64,000 nt of DNA from Macrostomum hystrix (lineage: Eukaryota > Animalia > Platyhelminthes): contig CATNEN010000014.1 in NCBI GenBank assembly GCA_950097015.1, positions 1,116,001 to 1,180,000 of the forward strand, given 5' to 3'. Under the pieces are notes generated by a model. It was given only the letters and a program-made list of their open reading frames with translations, was not told where the DNA came from and searched no databases. Below are positions 24,574-39,900 of the stretch, one piece after another. A program made the translations under genes and the position numbers. Every line of letters starts with the position of its first letter. Positions within the stretch are counted from its first letter, which is position 1.

Positions 24574-26669
24574 TTAGATTATTAAAACCCGAAATTCCCA
24601 AACCCCAAACTCAAATTCATAAAACTCCGGTTTCGCTGAATGTTGTGAAATCAAAATACACATTTGCTTCCTTTGATCTGCTCTAGCCTTTGTCTATGAG
24701 CAGCTCGGATCTCAATTTTTGGGGGGTTTAAACCGCTTTTAATTTCAAAACCTCTCCATTTTTTACCAGAATACTTTAACCGTATCTTTCCAGTGTTTCT
24801 GCTTTTAGACATTTTTATTAATTTGATAAACAATGAAGACACATTTTCGGACATTTTGCTCCTAAAAGAGTAGCACTTATTGTACGAGTATTTCGGAAAG
24901 TATATTTGAAATTCATTAAAACTTAATTCACCCTACGTATACGCTGATGATCACGTGTTTTGATGAGGTCTCAGTTCGACATGAGGTTTGGTTTGAAACT
25001 ATAGCATGAAATATTTATGCCAGAAGCTCAATAAACATGTTGCTGGAAAACATAATTTATTTGATGTTTTTGTGTTAAACAGGATTGTCTTATCTTAAAA
25101 TCTTTGATTTCTTGTTGATTATTTATTCACTGCGAAGCTGGTTCTACGTTTTTTACATACTCAAGCTTCGTCGAATCTCTTGTATTTACAAGACTTGGGA
25201 ACTCCCGCCGATGAGCTTGCTGGAGAGAAACTGCTTTATGATAGGACCACTTATAGCCAACTAATAAAAACTTTGCATAATAAAATATAATATAAAAAAC
25301 AAATATTAGTCTGAAGATGGTCACCTCATCTTACTATGGAAAATAATCTGCTAAATGGGTAGGTCATTCTGTCCCAGCGCTGAAAATTCTAACCTTCATT
25401 CGAGCAATTCGAACTTGTAGCTATTTGAAATTTAAACTAAGTCAGAGTCACGTTAATGTTGCTTAAAATTTGGCAAAATAAAGACCGTCAAACAAAAAAT
25501 GTAATAAAGCAGCATTTTTTCTTGTTTCTTGCATTTATCCTGCACAAGTTTACTGAAATCCAGTTGTACGTACACTGCAGCAAATTCTATTCGTAGACGT
25601 ATCGGTGTAATTATTGTTAAACAAAGCGTTTTTTATATTTCTTTGCAATTAGTTTTTTTGCATTTAAAAGTTAAAAATAAGAATTTAAATAGCAGCTTTT
25701 ATGTATTTTGCTAAATTTGATAGGAACTTTTCTGAGGTATGTCAAGACATTTGTTTATTGAACCAATTTAACGCATGAGAACATTACATTAAAATGTGTA
25801 ATGCACTCGAGTAAAACCAAGCGAGCAACTTTACCGCATTAAAATTTCACTTCAAAAGCGTTGGGTCACGGCTTGATGCAGTCGTACCCGACTCGTAAGA
25901 TACTTTAGCAGTCTACTATACCGTAATTGTGTTTTTTAATGGCTGGTTCTTTGTACTTAAAATTAAAATTATATATAGTATTTAGTTCTGTATAAAAACA
26001 TACATTTGCATAATATTTTTATGTACCATTTCTGTTCCATTACGTGTATGGAAAACAATTTTCCGTGTTCTTAAATTCTAGTGTCTAAACATTTTATCCG
26101 GAAAACCATACTCTTACCATTTTATAGTTTATCGAGAGTGGAACGAAAACTGTGATTCTAAATTCAATTGCACGGCTCCTAGACATGTATTTAAAATATT
26201 TATGTAACAATTTATTTATTTTATGCATATAATATACATGTAATATGTTACATTCACATGCATTAATTTTGTTGTTAACATTTAATATCTATAGTTAAAA
26301 CTCAGTATTTTATTATGTAACTTTTTAAATAAATAATATTTCAAAGTAAAAAGAAAAATGTGTCTATGTTTATAAAGATAATTTCTTATATTCATAGGAC
26401 CAATTCGCTTGATTTTTGTGCTAAATTTTACTAATATTGTTTGTGTTCCTAAAGAAAATAAAATCGAGTTGCAAATAAAGTTGTTCTGCACAAGTTGATG
26501 ATAATTTGTATTTGCAACTCATGAGTCAATAACTTGTGGTTTTTTACTTATCTTTAAATACACACTTTCAATATACCTTGAAGACTTGGTTAAAGGCAGT
26601 CCATTTGCTCGGTCTTTCAGCTAAGCCCACTGTCCAGCAGGCAGTTCCAAGTGAGCCATCTAACCTCGA

Positions 26670-29144
26670 ATGTACAAGGCCTTTGTCCGCAGCCTCTCTG
26701 AACTCCAAGCCATGTCTACTCTGCACGCCAAGGCCAGGACGCCGGTTTATGGCAAGGGCGAAACCGTGAACCGCTTTCCTGTGCCCGACGAGAAGGTGCC
26801 GTGGACTGCCGAGTTCGCGGAGTACAAACCGGTTTACTTCGAGGACTCCAAGCTGAAGAAGGCCAGCTATGCCGACCCGGACATTCTGTGAGCTTCCTCG
26901 AATAAAACCCCCGTGTTTTAGCTGTCTCCCTTTGCCCCGTTTACATCGCAGGACTTTTGCCCACCCATAGCAACAACAAGGCGGCTGCAGCCCTAAAGTT
27001 CAATTCAATAGACTCTGGTGAGCTGAACCGAGTCAGCCACGAGGGCAACTACTTGCTGGATCCCGACGGCCTGCCGCTTAATCCGCACGGCCGCACCGGC
27101 GTCCGTGGGCGCGGCTGCCTCGGCCGCTGGGGCCCGAACCATGCGGCCGATCCCATCGTCACGCGGTGGAAGCGTGATCAGAAAACTGGGGCCAAGGTTA
27201 GAAGAATGAGATGTGAATCGAGGGGTGAGATGCGAATCGAGGGGTGAGATGCGAATCGAGGGGTGAGATGCGAATCGAGGGGTGAGATGCGAATCGAGAA
27301 TTGAGATGCGAATCGAGGGGTGAGATGCGAATCGAGGGTTGAGATGTGAATCGAGGGGTGAGATGCGAATCGAGGGGTGAGATATGAATCGAGGGGTGAG
27401 ATGTGAATCCTGGGGGATGAGATGTGAACCGAAGGTATCATTATATGTGAATTGAAGATATTGGATATATTGGTCGAGAAACCATGTCACAAACATAATT
27501 GCGGCACTTCTGTCGACAAGCCAATCAATCCTCACCTACCAGGTGGTCGACCCGAGCAGCGGCCGTCCCGTCCTGCAGTTCGTGAGCATTCTGCGCGGCG
27601 ACGTGAAGGAGTGGGCGATCCCCGGCGGCATGGTGGACTGCGGCGAGGAGATCTCGGCCACGCTGAAGCGGGAATTCGGCGAGGAGGCGATGGACTCCAC
27701 AATGGCCGATGAGGCCAGCAAAGCTGCATTGGCGGTGAGGCTGCGATGAGAGGAGATGGGATAAGGGAGAGTTTTGAGGGTAAGATGACATTAGTGGGAG
27801 ATTTGAGGATGAGATGGGATCAAGGGGAGTTCTGAGCATGAAATGGGATCAGGGGAGTTCTGGCGATGAGATGGGATCAGGGGGAGTTTCGAGCATGAGA
27901 TGGGATCAAGGGGAGTTCTGAGCATGAGATAGGATCAGGGGGAGTTCTGAGCATGAGATGGGATCAAGGGGAGTTCTGAGCATGAGATGGGATCAGGGGG
28001 ACTTCTGAGCATGAGATGGGATCAGGGAGAGAGTTCTGGCGATGAGATGGGATCAGGGGGAGTTCTGAGCATGAGATGGGATCAAGGGGAGTACTGAGCA
28101 TGAGATAGGATCAGGGGGAGTTCTGAGCATGAGATGGGATCAGGGGGACTTCTGAGCATGAGATGGGATCAGGGGGAGTTCTGGCGATGAGATGGGATCA
28201 GGGGGGAGTTCTGAGCATGAGATTCTGAGCATGAGATGGGATCAATGGAGTTGATTTATCTCAAAATCTCGCCGCTCGGCCAGGCCAAGGTGGACGCCGC
28301 CTTCAAGCACGGCGTAGAGCTGTACAAAGGCTACGTGGACGATCCGAGGAACACCGACAACGCCTGGATGGAGACGGTGGCCGTGAACTTTCATGACGAG
28401 GAGGGCGACGGCTTGGCCATGTTCCAGCTGCACGCTGGTGAGTGCCGAGTCGGGACTCCAATGACCCATCGCAATGACCTATTGAACTCAAACTTACGGT
28501 TAATTACCATACACTAGATATTTGAACACTGGACACTGACCCTAACTAGTGATCCATTGGACTCAAACTGATGTCCATTCGACTCAAACTCATGACCATT
28601 CGACTCAAACTCATGACCCATTCGACTCAACTCATGACCTATTCGACTCAAACTGATGTCCATTCGACTCAAACTGATTTCCATTCGACTCAAACTGATG
28701 TCCATTCGACTCAAACTCATGTCCATTCGACTCAAACTCATGTCCATTCGACTCAAACTCATGTCCATTCGACTCAAACTCATGTCCATTCGACTCAAAC
28801 TCATTATCATTCAACTCAAACTCATGACCATTCAACTCAAACTCATGACCATTCAACTCAAACTCATGACCATTCAACTCAAACTCATGACCATTCAACT
28901 CAAACTCATGACCATTCGACTCAAACTCATGACCCATTCAACTGAAACTCATGACCATTCAACTCAAGAGCATCGATCGCAGACTAAAAGAAAGTCTAAT
29001 GTGTAAATCCTGGGCATCTCTGCCTCTCTAGGCGATGACGCAATCGGCGTGTGCTGGAAGGACATTTCCCGCGACCTCAAGCTGTACGCCAGCCACCACC
29101 GGTTCGTGGAGAAGGCGGTCCAACTCAGGGGCGCCCATTGGTGA
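26670..29144 (+). CDS. NUDT9: ADP-ribose pyrophosphatase NUDT9; exons 26670-26887, 26971-27196, 27543-27734, 28284-28437, 29032-29144
   Basis: [45 protein letters not shown], Nudix box [71 protein letters not shown]. Intron phases 2,0,0,1 are consistent. Confidence 0.95.
27205..27425. repeat. 19-bp minisatellite GAGATGCGAATCGAGGGGT in NUDT9 intron 2
   Basis: Tandem units start ~8 nt after the donor at 27197. Confidence 0.9.
27810..28245. repeat. ~29-bp minisatellite GAGATGGGATCAGGGGGAGTTCTGAGCAT in NUDT9 intron 3
   Basis: Tandem units with a CTGGCGAT variant. The same unit family occurs at 33886-34605. Confidence 0.93.
28550..28965. repeat. 21-bp minisatellite TCCATTCGACTCAAACTCATG in NUDT9 intron 4
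   Basis: Tandem periodicity with polarised variants. Confidence 0.92.
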
Positions 29145-29459
29145 CCGCTTTGCCTTTACTGGCCTGCACAATAACCTTACACAGTAGTGAGGACATAACA
29201 GTTTTCTTAATAAATATATTCTTAGCTATATATCTATATTTATTCCTTTCTGCACTATAATATTTTTCTGTTATCTAATTCTGCGCTGGTAAAAGCGTTT
29301 ATTAGTTTTGATTGGCTAGTGTTTATGGCCTTTAGTGTTTACCTACTAATTGGATTCTAAATTAGTTTTTATTCATCTGGTTCAATCATTTCCCTGATTT
29401 TGCGAACGGCTCCACACCAATAACTAATCAAATCGATTCACCAGTTTTTTAAGCCTGCT

Positions 29460-30490
29460 TTTCTCTGACCTGTCCATCTCTTCTCTCACCTGTCCGTCTC
29501 TTCTCTTACCTGTCCATCTCTTCTCTCACCTGTCCATCCCTTCTCTGACCTGTCCATCTCTTCTCTCACCTGTCCGTCTCTTCTCTTACCGTCCGTCTCT
29601 TCTCTTACCTGTCCGTCTCTTCTCTCACTTGTCCATCTTTTCTCTCACCTGTCCGTCTCTTCTCTTACCTGTCCATCCCTTCCCTCACCTGTCCATCTCT
29701 TCTCTTACCTGTCCGTCTGTTCTCTCACCTGTCCATCCCTTCTCTGACCTGTCCATCTCTTCTCTCACCTGTCCGTCTCTTCTCTTACCGTCCGTCTCTT
29801 CTCTCACCTGTCCGTCTCTTCTCTCACTTGTCCGTCTCTTCTCTCACTTGTCCATCTCTTCTCTCACTTGTCCGTCTCTTCTCTCACCTGTCCGTCTCTT
29901 CTCTCACCTGTCCGTCTCTTCCCTCACCTTTCCATCTCTTCTCTGACCTGTCCATCTCTTCTCTCACCTTCCGTCTGTTCTCTCACCTGTGCATCTCTTC
30001 TCTCACCTGTCCATCCCTTCTCTCACCTTTCCATCTTTTCTCTCACCTGTCCGTCTCTTCTCTTACCTGTCCATCTCTTATCTCACCTTTCCATCTCTTC
30101 TCTCACCTGTGCATCTCTTCTCTCACCTGTCCATCCCTTCTCTCACCTTTCCATCTTTTCTCTCACCTGTCCGTCTCTTCTCTTACCTGTCCATCTCTTC
30201 TCTCACCTGTCCGTCTCTTCTCTTACCGTCCGTCTCTTCTCTTACCTGTCCATCTCTTCTCTCACCTGTCCGTCTCTTCCCTCACCTTTCCATCTATTCT
30301 CTCACCTGTCCATCCCTTCTCTGACCTGTCCATCTCTTCTCTCACCTTTCCGTCTATTCTCTTACCTGTCCATCCCTCTCTCACCTGTCCATCTCTTCTC
30401 TTACCTGTCCGTCTCTTCTCTCACTTGTCCATCTCTTCTCTCACCTGTCCGTCTCTTCTCTCACCTCTCCATCTCTTCTCCCACCTTCCT
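29460..30490. repeat. 20-bp pyrimidine-rich minisatellite CCTGTCC(A/G)TCTCTTCTCTCA
   Basis: Tandem periodicity with strong strand purine/pyrimidine skew. Confidence 0.93.
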
Positions 30491-31004
30491 GTCTCAATTC
30501 TCTCTCCAATCTCGGCCCTTGAGTGCCTTTTTGTTTTACCACGAAAAAGCCGATTCCTTGCAGGTGAATGAAATGGATAATATTTGAATTTCCTTCCATT
30601 TGGTTATTGAAAAAATAGTGCCCGGAAAAGCGTGCTTTATCTTCTACATAATGCTCCTGTTTCTATTTCAAAGACCACTAGCAGATTCAGGCCGCTCAAA
30701 TTGCGAATAGTGACAGAAAAACAACACAGTGACAGTGCTAGTGCTCCTTGAAATAGTCTGCCAGTGATTAGTCTATCAGCATATTTATACCCACCCCCGC
30801 CCAGCTAATGCTGGCGGCTTGCAGGCTTTGTTAATCATGTCAATCACCGATGAGAGTACAAATAGAAAACCTGATAGCGAGTGGCAAGCGGTTGTGCCTC
30901 GCTTGGTCACGTTCTGTTTAGTTTAAGACATTTTCCATTGAAATTTTCACGCTGTCTGACGACTGAGTTTGCGTTAATTTATTGCGTCCCAATGCCCTGT
31001 CGAA

Positions 31005-32470
31005 CGGGTGGAACCAACTGTCTTAGAGGTGGAACCAACTGTCTTAGAAGTGGAACCCACTGTCTTAGAGGTGGAACCAACTGTCTTAGAGGTGGAACCA
31101 ACTGTCTTAGAGGTGGAACCAACTGTCTTAGATGTGGAACCAACTGTCTTACAGGTGGAACCAACTGTCTTAGAGGTGGAACCGACTGTCTTGTAGGTGG
31201 AACCAACTGTCTTAGAGGTGGAACCAACTGTCTTAGATGTGGAACCGACTGTCTTGTAGGTGGAACCAACTGTCTTAGAGGTGGAACCAACTGTCTTGTA
31301 GGTGGAACCAACTGTCTTAGATGTGGAACCAACTGTCTTAGAGGTGGAACCAACTGTCTCAGAGGTGGAACCAACTGTCTTAGAGGTGGAACCAACTGTC
31401 TTGTAGGTGGAACCAACTGTCTTGTAGGTGGAACCAACTGTCTTACAGGTGGAACCAACTGTCTTAGAGGTGGAACCAACTGTCTTACAGGTGGAACCAA
31501 CTGTCTTACAGGTGGAACCAACTGTCTTACAGGTGGAACGGACTGTCTTAGAGGTGGAACCAACTGTCTTAGAGGTGAAACCGACTGTCTTAGAGGTGGA
31601 ACCGACTGTCGTACAGGTGGAACCAACTGTCTTACAGGTGGAACCGACTGTCTTAGAGGTGGAACCAACTGTCTTAGAGGTGGAACCAACTGTCTTACAG
31701 GTGGAACCGACTGTCTTAGAGGTGGAACCAACTGTCTTAGAGGTGGAACCAACTGTCTTACAGGTGGAACCAACTGTCTTGTAGGTGGAACCAACTGTCT
31801 TAGATGTGGAACCAACTGTCTTAGAGGTGGAACCAACTGTCTTGTAGGTGGAACCAACTGTCTTAGATGTGGAACCAACTGTCTTACAGGTGGAACCAAC
31901 TGTCTTAGAGGTGGAACCAACTGTCTTGTAGGTGGAACCAACTGTCTTACAGGTGGAACCAACTGTCTTAGAGGTGGAACCAACTGTCTTACAGGTGGAA
32001 CCAACTGTCTTGTAGGTGGAACCAACTGTCTTGTAGGTGGAACCAACTGTCTTGTAGGTGGAACCAACTGTCTTAAAGGTGGAACCAACTGTCTTACAGG
32101 TGGAACGGACTGTCTTAGAGGTGGAACCAACTGTCTTAGAGGTGAAACCGACTGTCTTAGAGGTGGAACCGACTGTCGTACAGGTGGAACCAACTGTCTT
32201 ACAGGTGGAACCGACTGTCTTAGAGGTGGAACCAACTGTCTTAGAGGTGGAACCAACTGTCTTACAGGTGGAACCAACTGTCTTAGATGTGGAACCAACT
32301 GTCTTACAGGTGGAACCAACTGTCTTAGAGGTGGAACCGACTGTCTTGTAGGTGGAACCAACTGTCTTAGAGGTGGAACCAACTGTCTTACAGGTGGAAC
32401 CAACTGTCTTACAGGTGGAACCAACTGTCTTAGAGGTGGAACCAACTATCTTAGAGGTGGAACCAACTGT
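31005..32470. repeat. 21-bp minisatellite GGTGGAACCAACTGTCTTAGA, ~70 copies, with an internal block duplication
   Basis: Tandem periodicity. The rare variant series (GGAACGGAC, GTGAAACCG, TGTCGTACA) occurs twice, near 31535-31620 and 32100-32185. Confidence 0.97.
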
Positions 32471-32876
32471 ATTATTTCCCTAATGCTCGTAAATCCAGCC
32501 AGTTATAAAATGAGTTCCAGTATCAGCCGGGATAAAAATCTAGTCTTATGTCCTCTGCATCTTCTGTCCACGGACAGCTGGAAGCATTTTTTAAATAGAT
32601 GCGGCTGTCTGACTGTACATTTGGCCCATTTCTGCTTCTTTTACTAAAACCGATGCTTTTGCCAGGTGTCTGGTTCAGAATCATCTGCGAGCTCGTGCTT
32701 TGATGGAAAGTCAGCGAACAAACAAATTCGTAAAATGAAAGTCTGATTTGGCAATTTGGCAATGCTTTTATTTCAGTGGATATTAATCACTTTTTATTGC
32801 GAGCTGTCAGGCTGGCAGCAGGGACTACTAGACCTAGTTCCCTAGCCGTCCTTGGCTGTCAGCCGGCCGGCTCAGT

Positions 32877-34927
<2,051 letters not shown>

Positions 34928-35354
34928 GTCGGTTATTGCTCGGGAGTTGCAAAAGTTGGTGCAGACTCGGAGACCTTCTGTTAGCTCTATGCTGAAATTT
35001 GCAAGCATTCGGAAATTACCGCAGCTTAAGAATTGGCGCTGGCGACGAAAAGCCGCTGCTCGATTCCCACGGCTGCCCGGAGTCGGCCTGCTGAGCAACT
35101 CACTGGAGAAATTCGCTTCGAAGTCACGGACAAAGTCGTGACTTTGGCGCTTGCCGACTTCTGCAGCCTGGCTGGAAAACCTGACGCTATTCAGATGACC
35201 TTCAGAAGCAACGCAAGCACAATGACTTGGCAGCGCTCATCGGGAGTTTTTTGTAGACGCCAGCACGAACTGCTGTGCTATTCCTGAACCGCAGAGTTTG
35301 TTACTTTCTGGCTGGCCAAGCCAAGGGTGTGGCTTTCTTTGAATCCGCGCAGCC

Positions 35355-35975
35355 ATTGTCACTCCGTCTCATTGTCCCTCCGTCACATTGTCACTCCCTC
35401 ACATTGTCACTCCGTCACATTGTCACTCCGTCACATTGTCACTCCGTCGCATTGTCACTCCGTCACATTGTCACTCCGTCTCATTGTCACTCCATCGCAT
35501 TGTCACTCCGTCTCATTGTCCCTCCGTCACATTGTCACTCCGTCTCATTGTTAATCCGTCCCATTGTCACTCCGTCTCATTGTTACTCAGTCTCATTGTC
35601 ACTCCGTCTCATTGTCACTCCGTCTCATTGTCACTCCGTCTCATTGTCACTCCGTCTCATTGTCACTCCGTCTCATTGTCACTCCGTCTCATTGTCACTC
35701 CGTCTCATTGTCACTCCGTCACATTTTCACTCCGTCTCATTGTCACTCCGTCGCATTGTCACTCTGTCACATTGTCACTCCGCCTCATTGTCACTCCGTC
35801 TCATTGTCACTCCGTCGCATTTCCACTCCGTCACATTGTCACTCCGTCACATTGTCACTCCGTCACATTGTCACTCCGTTACATTGTCACTCCGTCACAT
35901 TGTCACTCCGTCACATTGTCACTCCGTCACATTGTCACTCCGTTACATTGTCACTCCGTCACATTTTCACTCCGT
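35355..35975. repeat. 16-bp minisatellite CATTGTCACTCCGTC(T/A)
   Basis: Tandem periodicity. Confidence 0.93.
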
Positions 35976-36387
35976 TGCATACTTTTTTAAGATGAAAAAA
36001 CGTTCCTACGAGTATGAAGGCCTCCTCTCGGGAGTGTCTTGAGGGCGGTCTCGAAATATTTTCCACCTTAGTCAGGTGGGCCAGCTGCAGAAAGTAATTA
36101 TAAAAAAATAATTCATTATAGTTGCTTAGGCTACACCTGTGCCCCAGATACTCAACGCCTCTGCCCACGCTGGCAGCTCCTCCACAGCGGTTTAAATCTA
36201 AAATGCCGGCTGCCCAACAAATGGCTGCAGATTTCAGCCATAAACAAGTCCTAAAATTTCAGCTTTAGAGCGTCAGCGACTGCTTGTCAATTCTCTAAAT
36301 TTAGCACAAAATAAAGAACAAATCTGCCATCTTTATTACCATTGACTGCCATCAAAGTTGCGCGTACTTTTAATATCCTGTGGCACC

Positions 36388-36860
36388 AAGCAACCTGTGA
36401 CAGGCAGACAGCAACCTGTGACAGGCAGACAGCAACCTGTGACAGGCAGACAGCAACCTGTGACAGGCAGACAGCAACCTGTGACAGGCAGACAGCAACC
36501 TGTGACAGGCAGACAGCAACCTGTGACAGGCAGACAGCAACCGGTGACAGGCAGACAGCAACCGGTGACAGTTGAGACAGCAACCGGTGACAGTTCAGGC
36601 AGCAACCGGTGACAGTTCAGACAGCAACCGGTGACAGTTTAGAAAGCAACCGGTGACAGTTTAGACAGCAACCTGTGACAGGCAGACAGCAACCGGTGAC
36701 AGTTCAGACAGCAACCGGTGACAGTTCAGACAGCAACCGGTGACAGTTTAGACAGCAACCTGTGACAGGCAGACAGCAACCGGTGACAGTTCAGACAGCA
36801 ACCGGTGACAGTTCAGACAGCAACCGGTGACAGTTCAGACAGCAACCGGTGACAGGCAAA
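36388..36860. repeat. 21-bp minisatellite CAGCAACC(T/G)GTGACAG(GC/TT)AGA
   Basis: Tandem periodicity with two variant domains. Confidence 0.93.
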
Positions 36861-36906
36861 CAGCAGTCAACATTTCAAAAGCAGCATCCACTGACAGAGG
36901 GTTACC

Positions 36907-39900
36907 ATGCACTCAGCAACAGTGAAGAATCTGTGGAAATCGAACCCGGGCTACCGGAAGCGGGCCAAGCAGGATATTCGTCTCGTGCAGCAATACTCCC
37001 TGCTGCTGGGGGTGCTGCTGTCCAGCGCTTTGTACCGCCTGCTGGCTGTGGTGATTGGTGAGCAAAATTAACCTCCTATTCAGTTGGCACCCATGAAGTC
37101 TGCGCTAGACTATCCAACAGGTGAACCCATCCTATCCAACAGGTGTACCCATCCTATTCAACAGGTGTGCCCATCCTATCCAACAGGTGTGCCCCTCCTA
37201 TCCAACAGGTGTGCCCGTCTTATCCAACATGTTTACCCATCCTATCCAACAGGTGTGCCCCTCCTATCCAACAGGTGTGCCCATCCTATCCAACAGGTGT
37301 GCCCCTCCTATCCAACAGGTGTGCCCCTCCTATCCAACAGGTGTGCCCGTCTTATCCAACATGTTTACCCATCCTATCCAACAGGTGTGCCTGTCCTATC
37401 CAACAGGTGTACCCATCCTATCCAAAATGTGGTTTCTTTGATCCTATTAGTTTGCAAAACCGGTTCAAATAAATTGTGAGTTAGCGGCAACGCTTCAACA
37501 GTCACAATAAGCTGTTTGAGTATCGCTGCTGGCTTTTGTTTTCGGAGTCTTTGGAGTTTTTTGCTTTTATCGAGAAGGAAATTTTATTTGAATAGCATTG
37601 GCAGCCCTTTGTCTTCTGAGGAGGGGCAGGGCAGGATTCCAACACTATCGATCCCTCAGTCGCTGGGGCTCGGGGCTCGATGATGCTTGTGGAAGCTCAC
37701 GCAGCGGTGACGCGACAGGCTCCAGAGGATCCGGGCTGTCATGATGTGTTCATCGCTGCTTTCACTCTTGGCGCCGTGTTTGTCTCTCTGAGGCGATCTG
37801 TGAAGACTTGGCGGGCTTGCAGGTAGCTTGACTCCAGAGAACATTTTTCCTCATTATCTCTGCTATCAGTATAGAATGTGTCGAACATTCAGGACAGAAA
37901 CTCACTATCAAACACCCGATGCTCAATGTCTAACACCCGATGCTCAGAGTCTAACACCCGATGCTCACTGTCTAACACCCGATGCTCAGAGTCTAACACC
38001 CGATGCTCAATGTCTAACACCCGATGCTCAGAGTCTAACACCCGATACTCACTGTCTAACACCCGATGCTCACTGTCTAACACCCGATGCTCACTGTCTA
38101 ACACCCGATGCTCACTGTCTAACACCCGATACTCACTGTCTAACACCCGATGCTCACTGTCTAACACCCGATGCTCACTGTCTAACACCCGATGCTCACT
38201 GTCTGACATCCAACGCTTCTTGTCTCATCAGGTCTGGAAGCTTTGTATTCGCTCATTGTTTCTGGATAGCGGAATTTTCACATGTTTAAACATGTTTCAC
38301 ACGTCTCCCGTGAAGAGGCACATGGGCCACACTATTAACTTTGAAACGCTGAATTAGGACGCAAAATTTTTAAAGAACTTTTTTTTCTAAATTTAGTCGC
38401 TGTGCACGCTTCAAAAGTGCCATTAAGCAGGATTTTCAGCTAATTACCACCGAGGCCTGACACTGATAAGTTACACCTTGAGCTCTGATACCAAATTCGC
38501 ATAGAAACTCCAGCGGCTGCTTTGATTTTTAATCCAGTCGTGCTCTCAAGATTAGGAGACAGGATTAGTAGAAGTTACTCTCAGCTAAATAGCAAACCTG
38601 AAGCTTTGAAACCAAGTCACACAAACACAAAGACTACGGTTTTGTAAATTCCTACGAATAGAAACAAATCGTACCCTTTTACCAAAGCGTTTGGATCAGT
38701 TTGAAAAAAAGTTGACGGATTTTTGTTGCAAATTAAAAAAATTCACCACGTTTTCTGCGAATTTAAACAAATTGTGGAAATTTTAACTTCTCACGACAAA
38801 ATATCCGCCGCTAGATAACCATGGGAAATGTATCAAATTCAGCTGAATCTGTCTTAAATTAAAAATTACGCTTTTGACAACTAAATTACGAGTAATTTGA
38901 AGTTTAAGGTTTTTTAGAGCAAATTTTAACGAACTTCCTCTACGAGTAGCTCGATCAAGCAAGCTGGAAATTGAAACCAAATCGTCAAGAACGTTAAGAT
39001 TTGTCTTGCAAATCATTTTTTCTCTTCGTTTTAGACAATTCTTTAGATTTCGCTCATTTATATTGTCTTCTCCAGATCGAAATTTGCCTAGCAACTCGAA
39101 TATCTAAAAGTTTCTTGGTCCCTACTGCATGCGCATGTCCCACTGTGCGAATCGATATTGTAACCCCTGCCCGATCGTCTGATCACTCACTGCTCACTCA
39201 CCGCTCAATCAATGCACTTATGGGCACTGCTTAATGGACGGAGAGTTAGGAGTAAACAGGTGCTAAAAACCCATGTATGATTAACTGTTGTGTTATTGGC
39301 TAGTTTGACCTATGCTTATTAAGAATGCTTAATTTATCTGCGAGTGACTTTCACGTGTTCTAACCAGCTGCAGCAAATAAATTTACCTGGAGTGTTTACA
39401 GTATCGCTGTAGGCACTCAAACAGACCAATTCACAGCATGCGACCTCAATTGCTTGACTGACCACCCGCTCGACTGAGATGAGCAAGCTCACAACGGGCG
39501 AACTAAATGTAGAACTCACTGGAACTCACTAGCTGGCGAGTCCTGGAACTCACTGACGAGTCCTGGAACTCACTGACGAGTCCTGGAACTCATTGGCGAG
39601 TCCTGGAACTCACTGACGAGTCCTGGAACTCACTGACGAGTCCTGGAACTCATTGGCGAGTCCTGGAACTCACTGACGAGTCCTGGAACTCATTGGCGAG
39701 TCCCTGGAACTCATTGGCGAGTCCCTGGAACTCATTGGCGAGTCCTGGAACTCAATGACGAGTCCTGGAACTCACTGACGAGTCCTGGAACTCACTGACG
39801 AGTCCTGGAACTCATTGGCGAGTCCTGGAACTCATTGGCGAGTCCTGGAACTCATTGGCGAGTCCTGGAACTCATTGGCGAGTCCTGGAACTCATTGGCG

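Noticed and set aside
26952-26970. Alternative NUDT9 acceptor at CATCGCAG (26951)
   Set aside because: It puts exon 2 out of frame with a TAG. The acceptor at 26970 restores the conserved frame.
30881-32647. 588-aa (GGTNCLR)n and 488-aa antisense ORFs
   Set aside because: A 21-bp satellite open by chance in several frames, with no signal peptide or domain.
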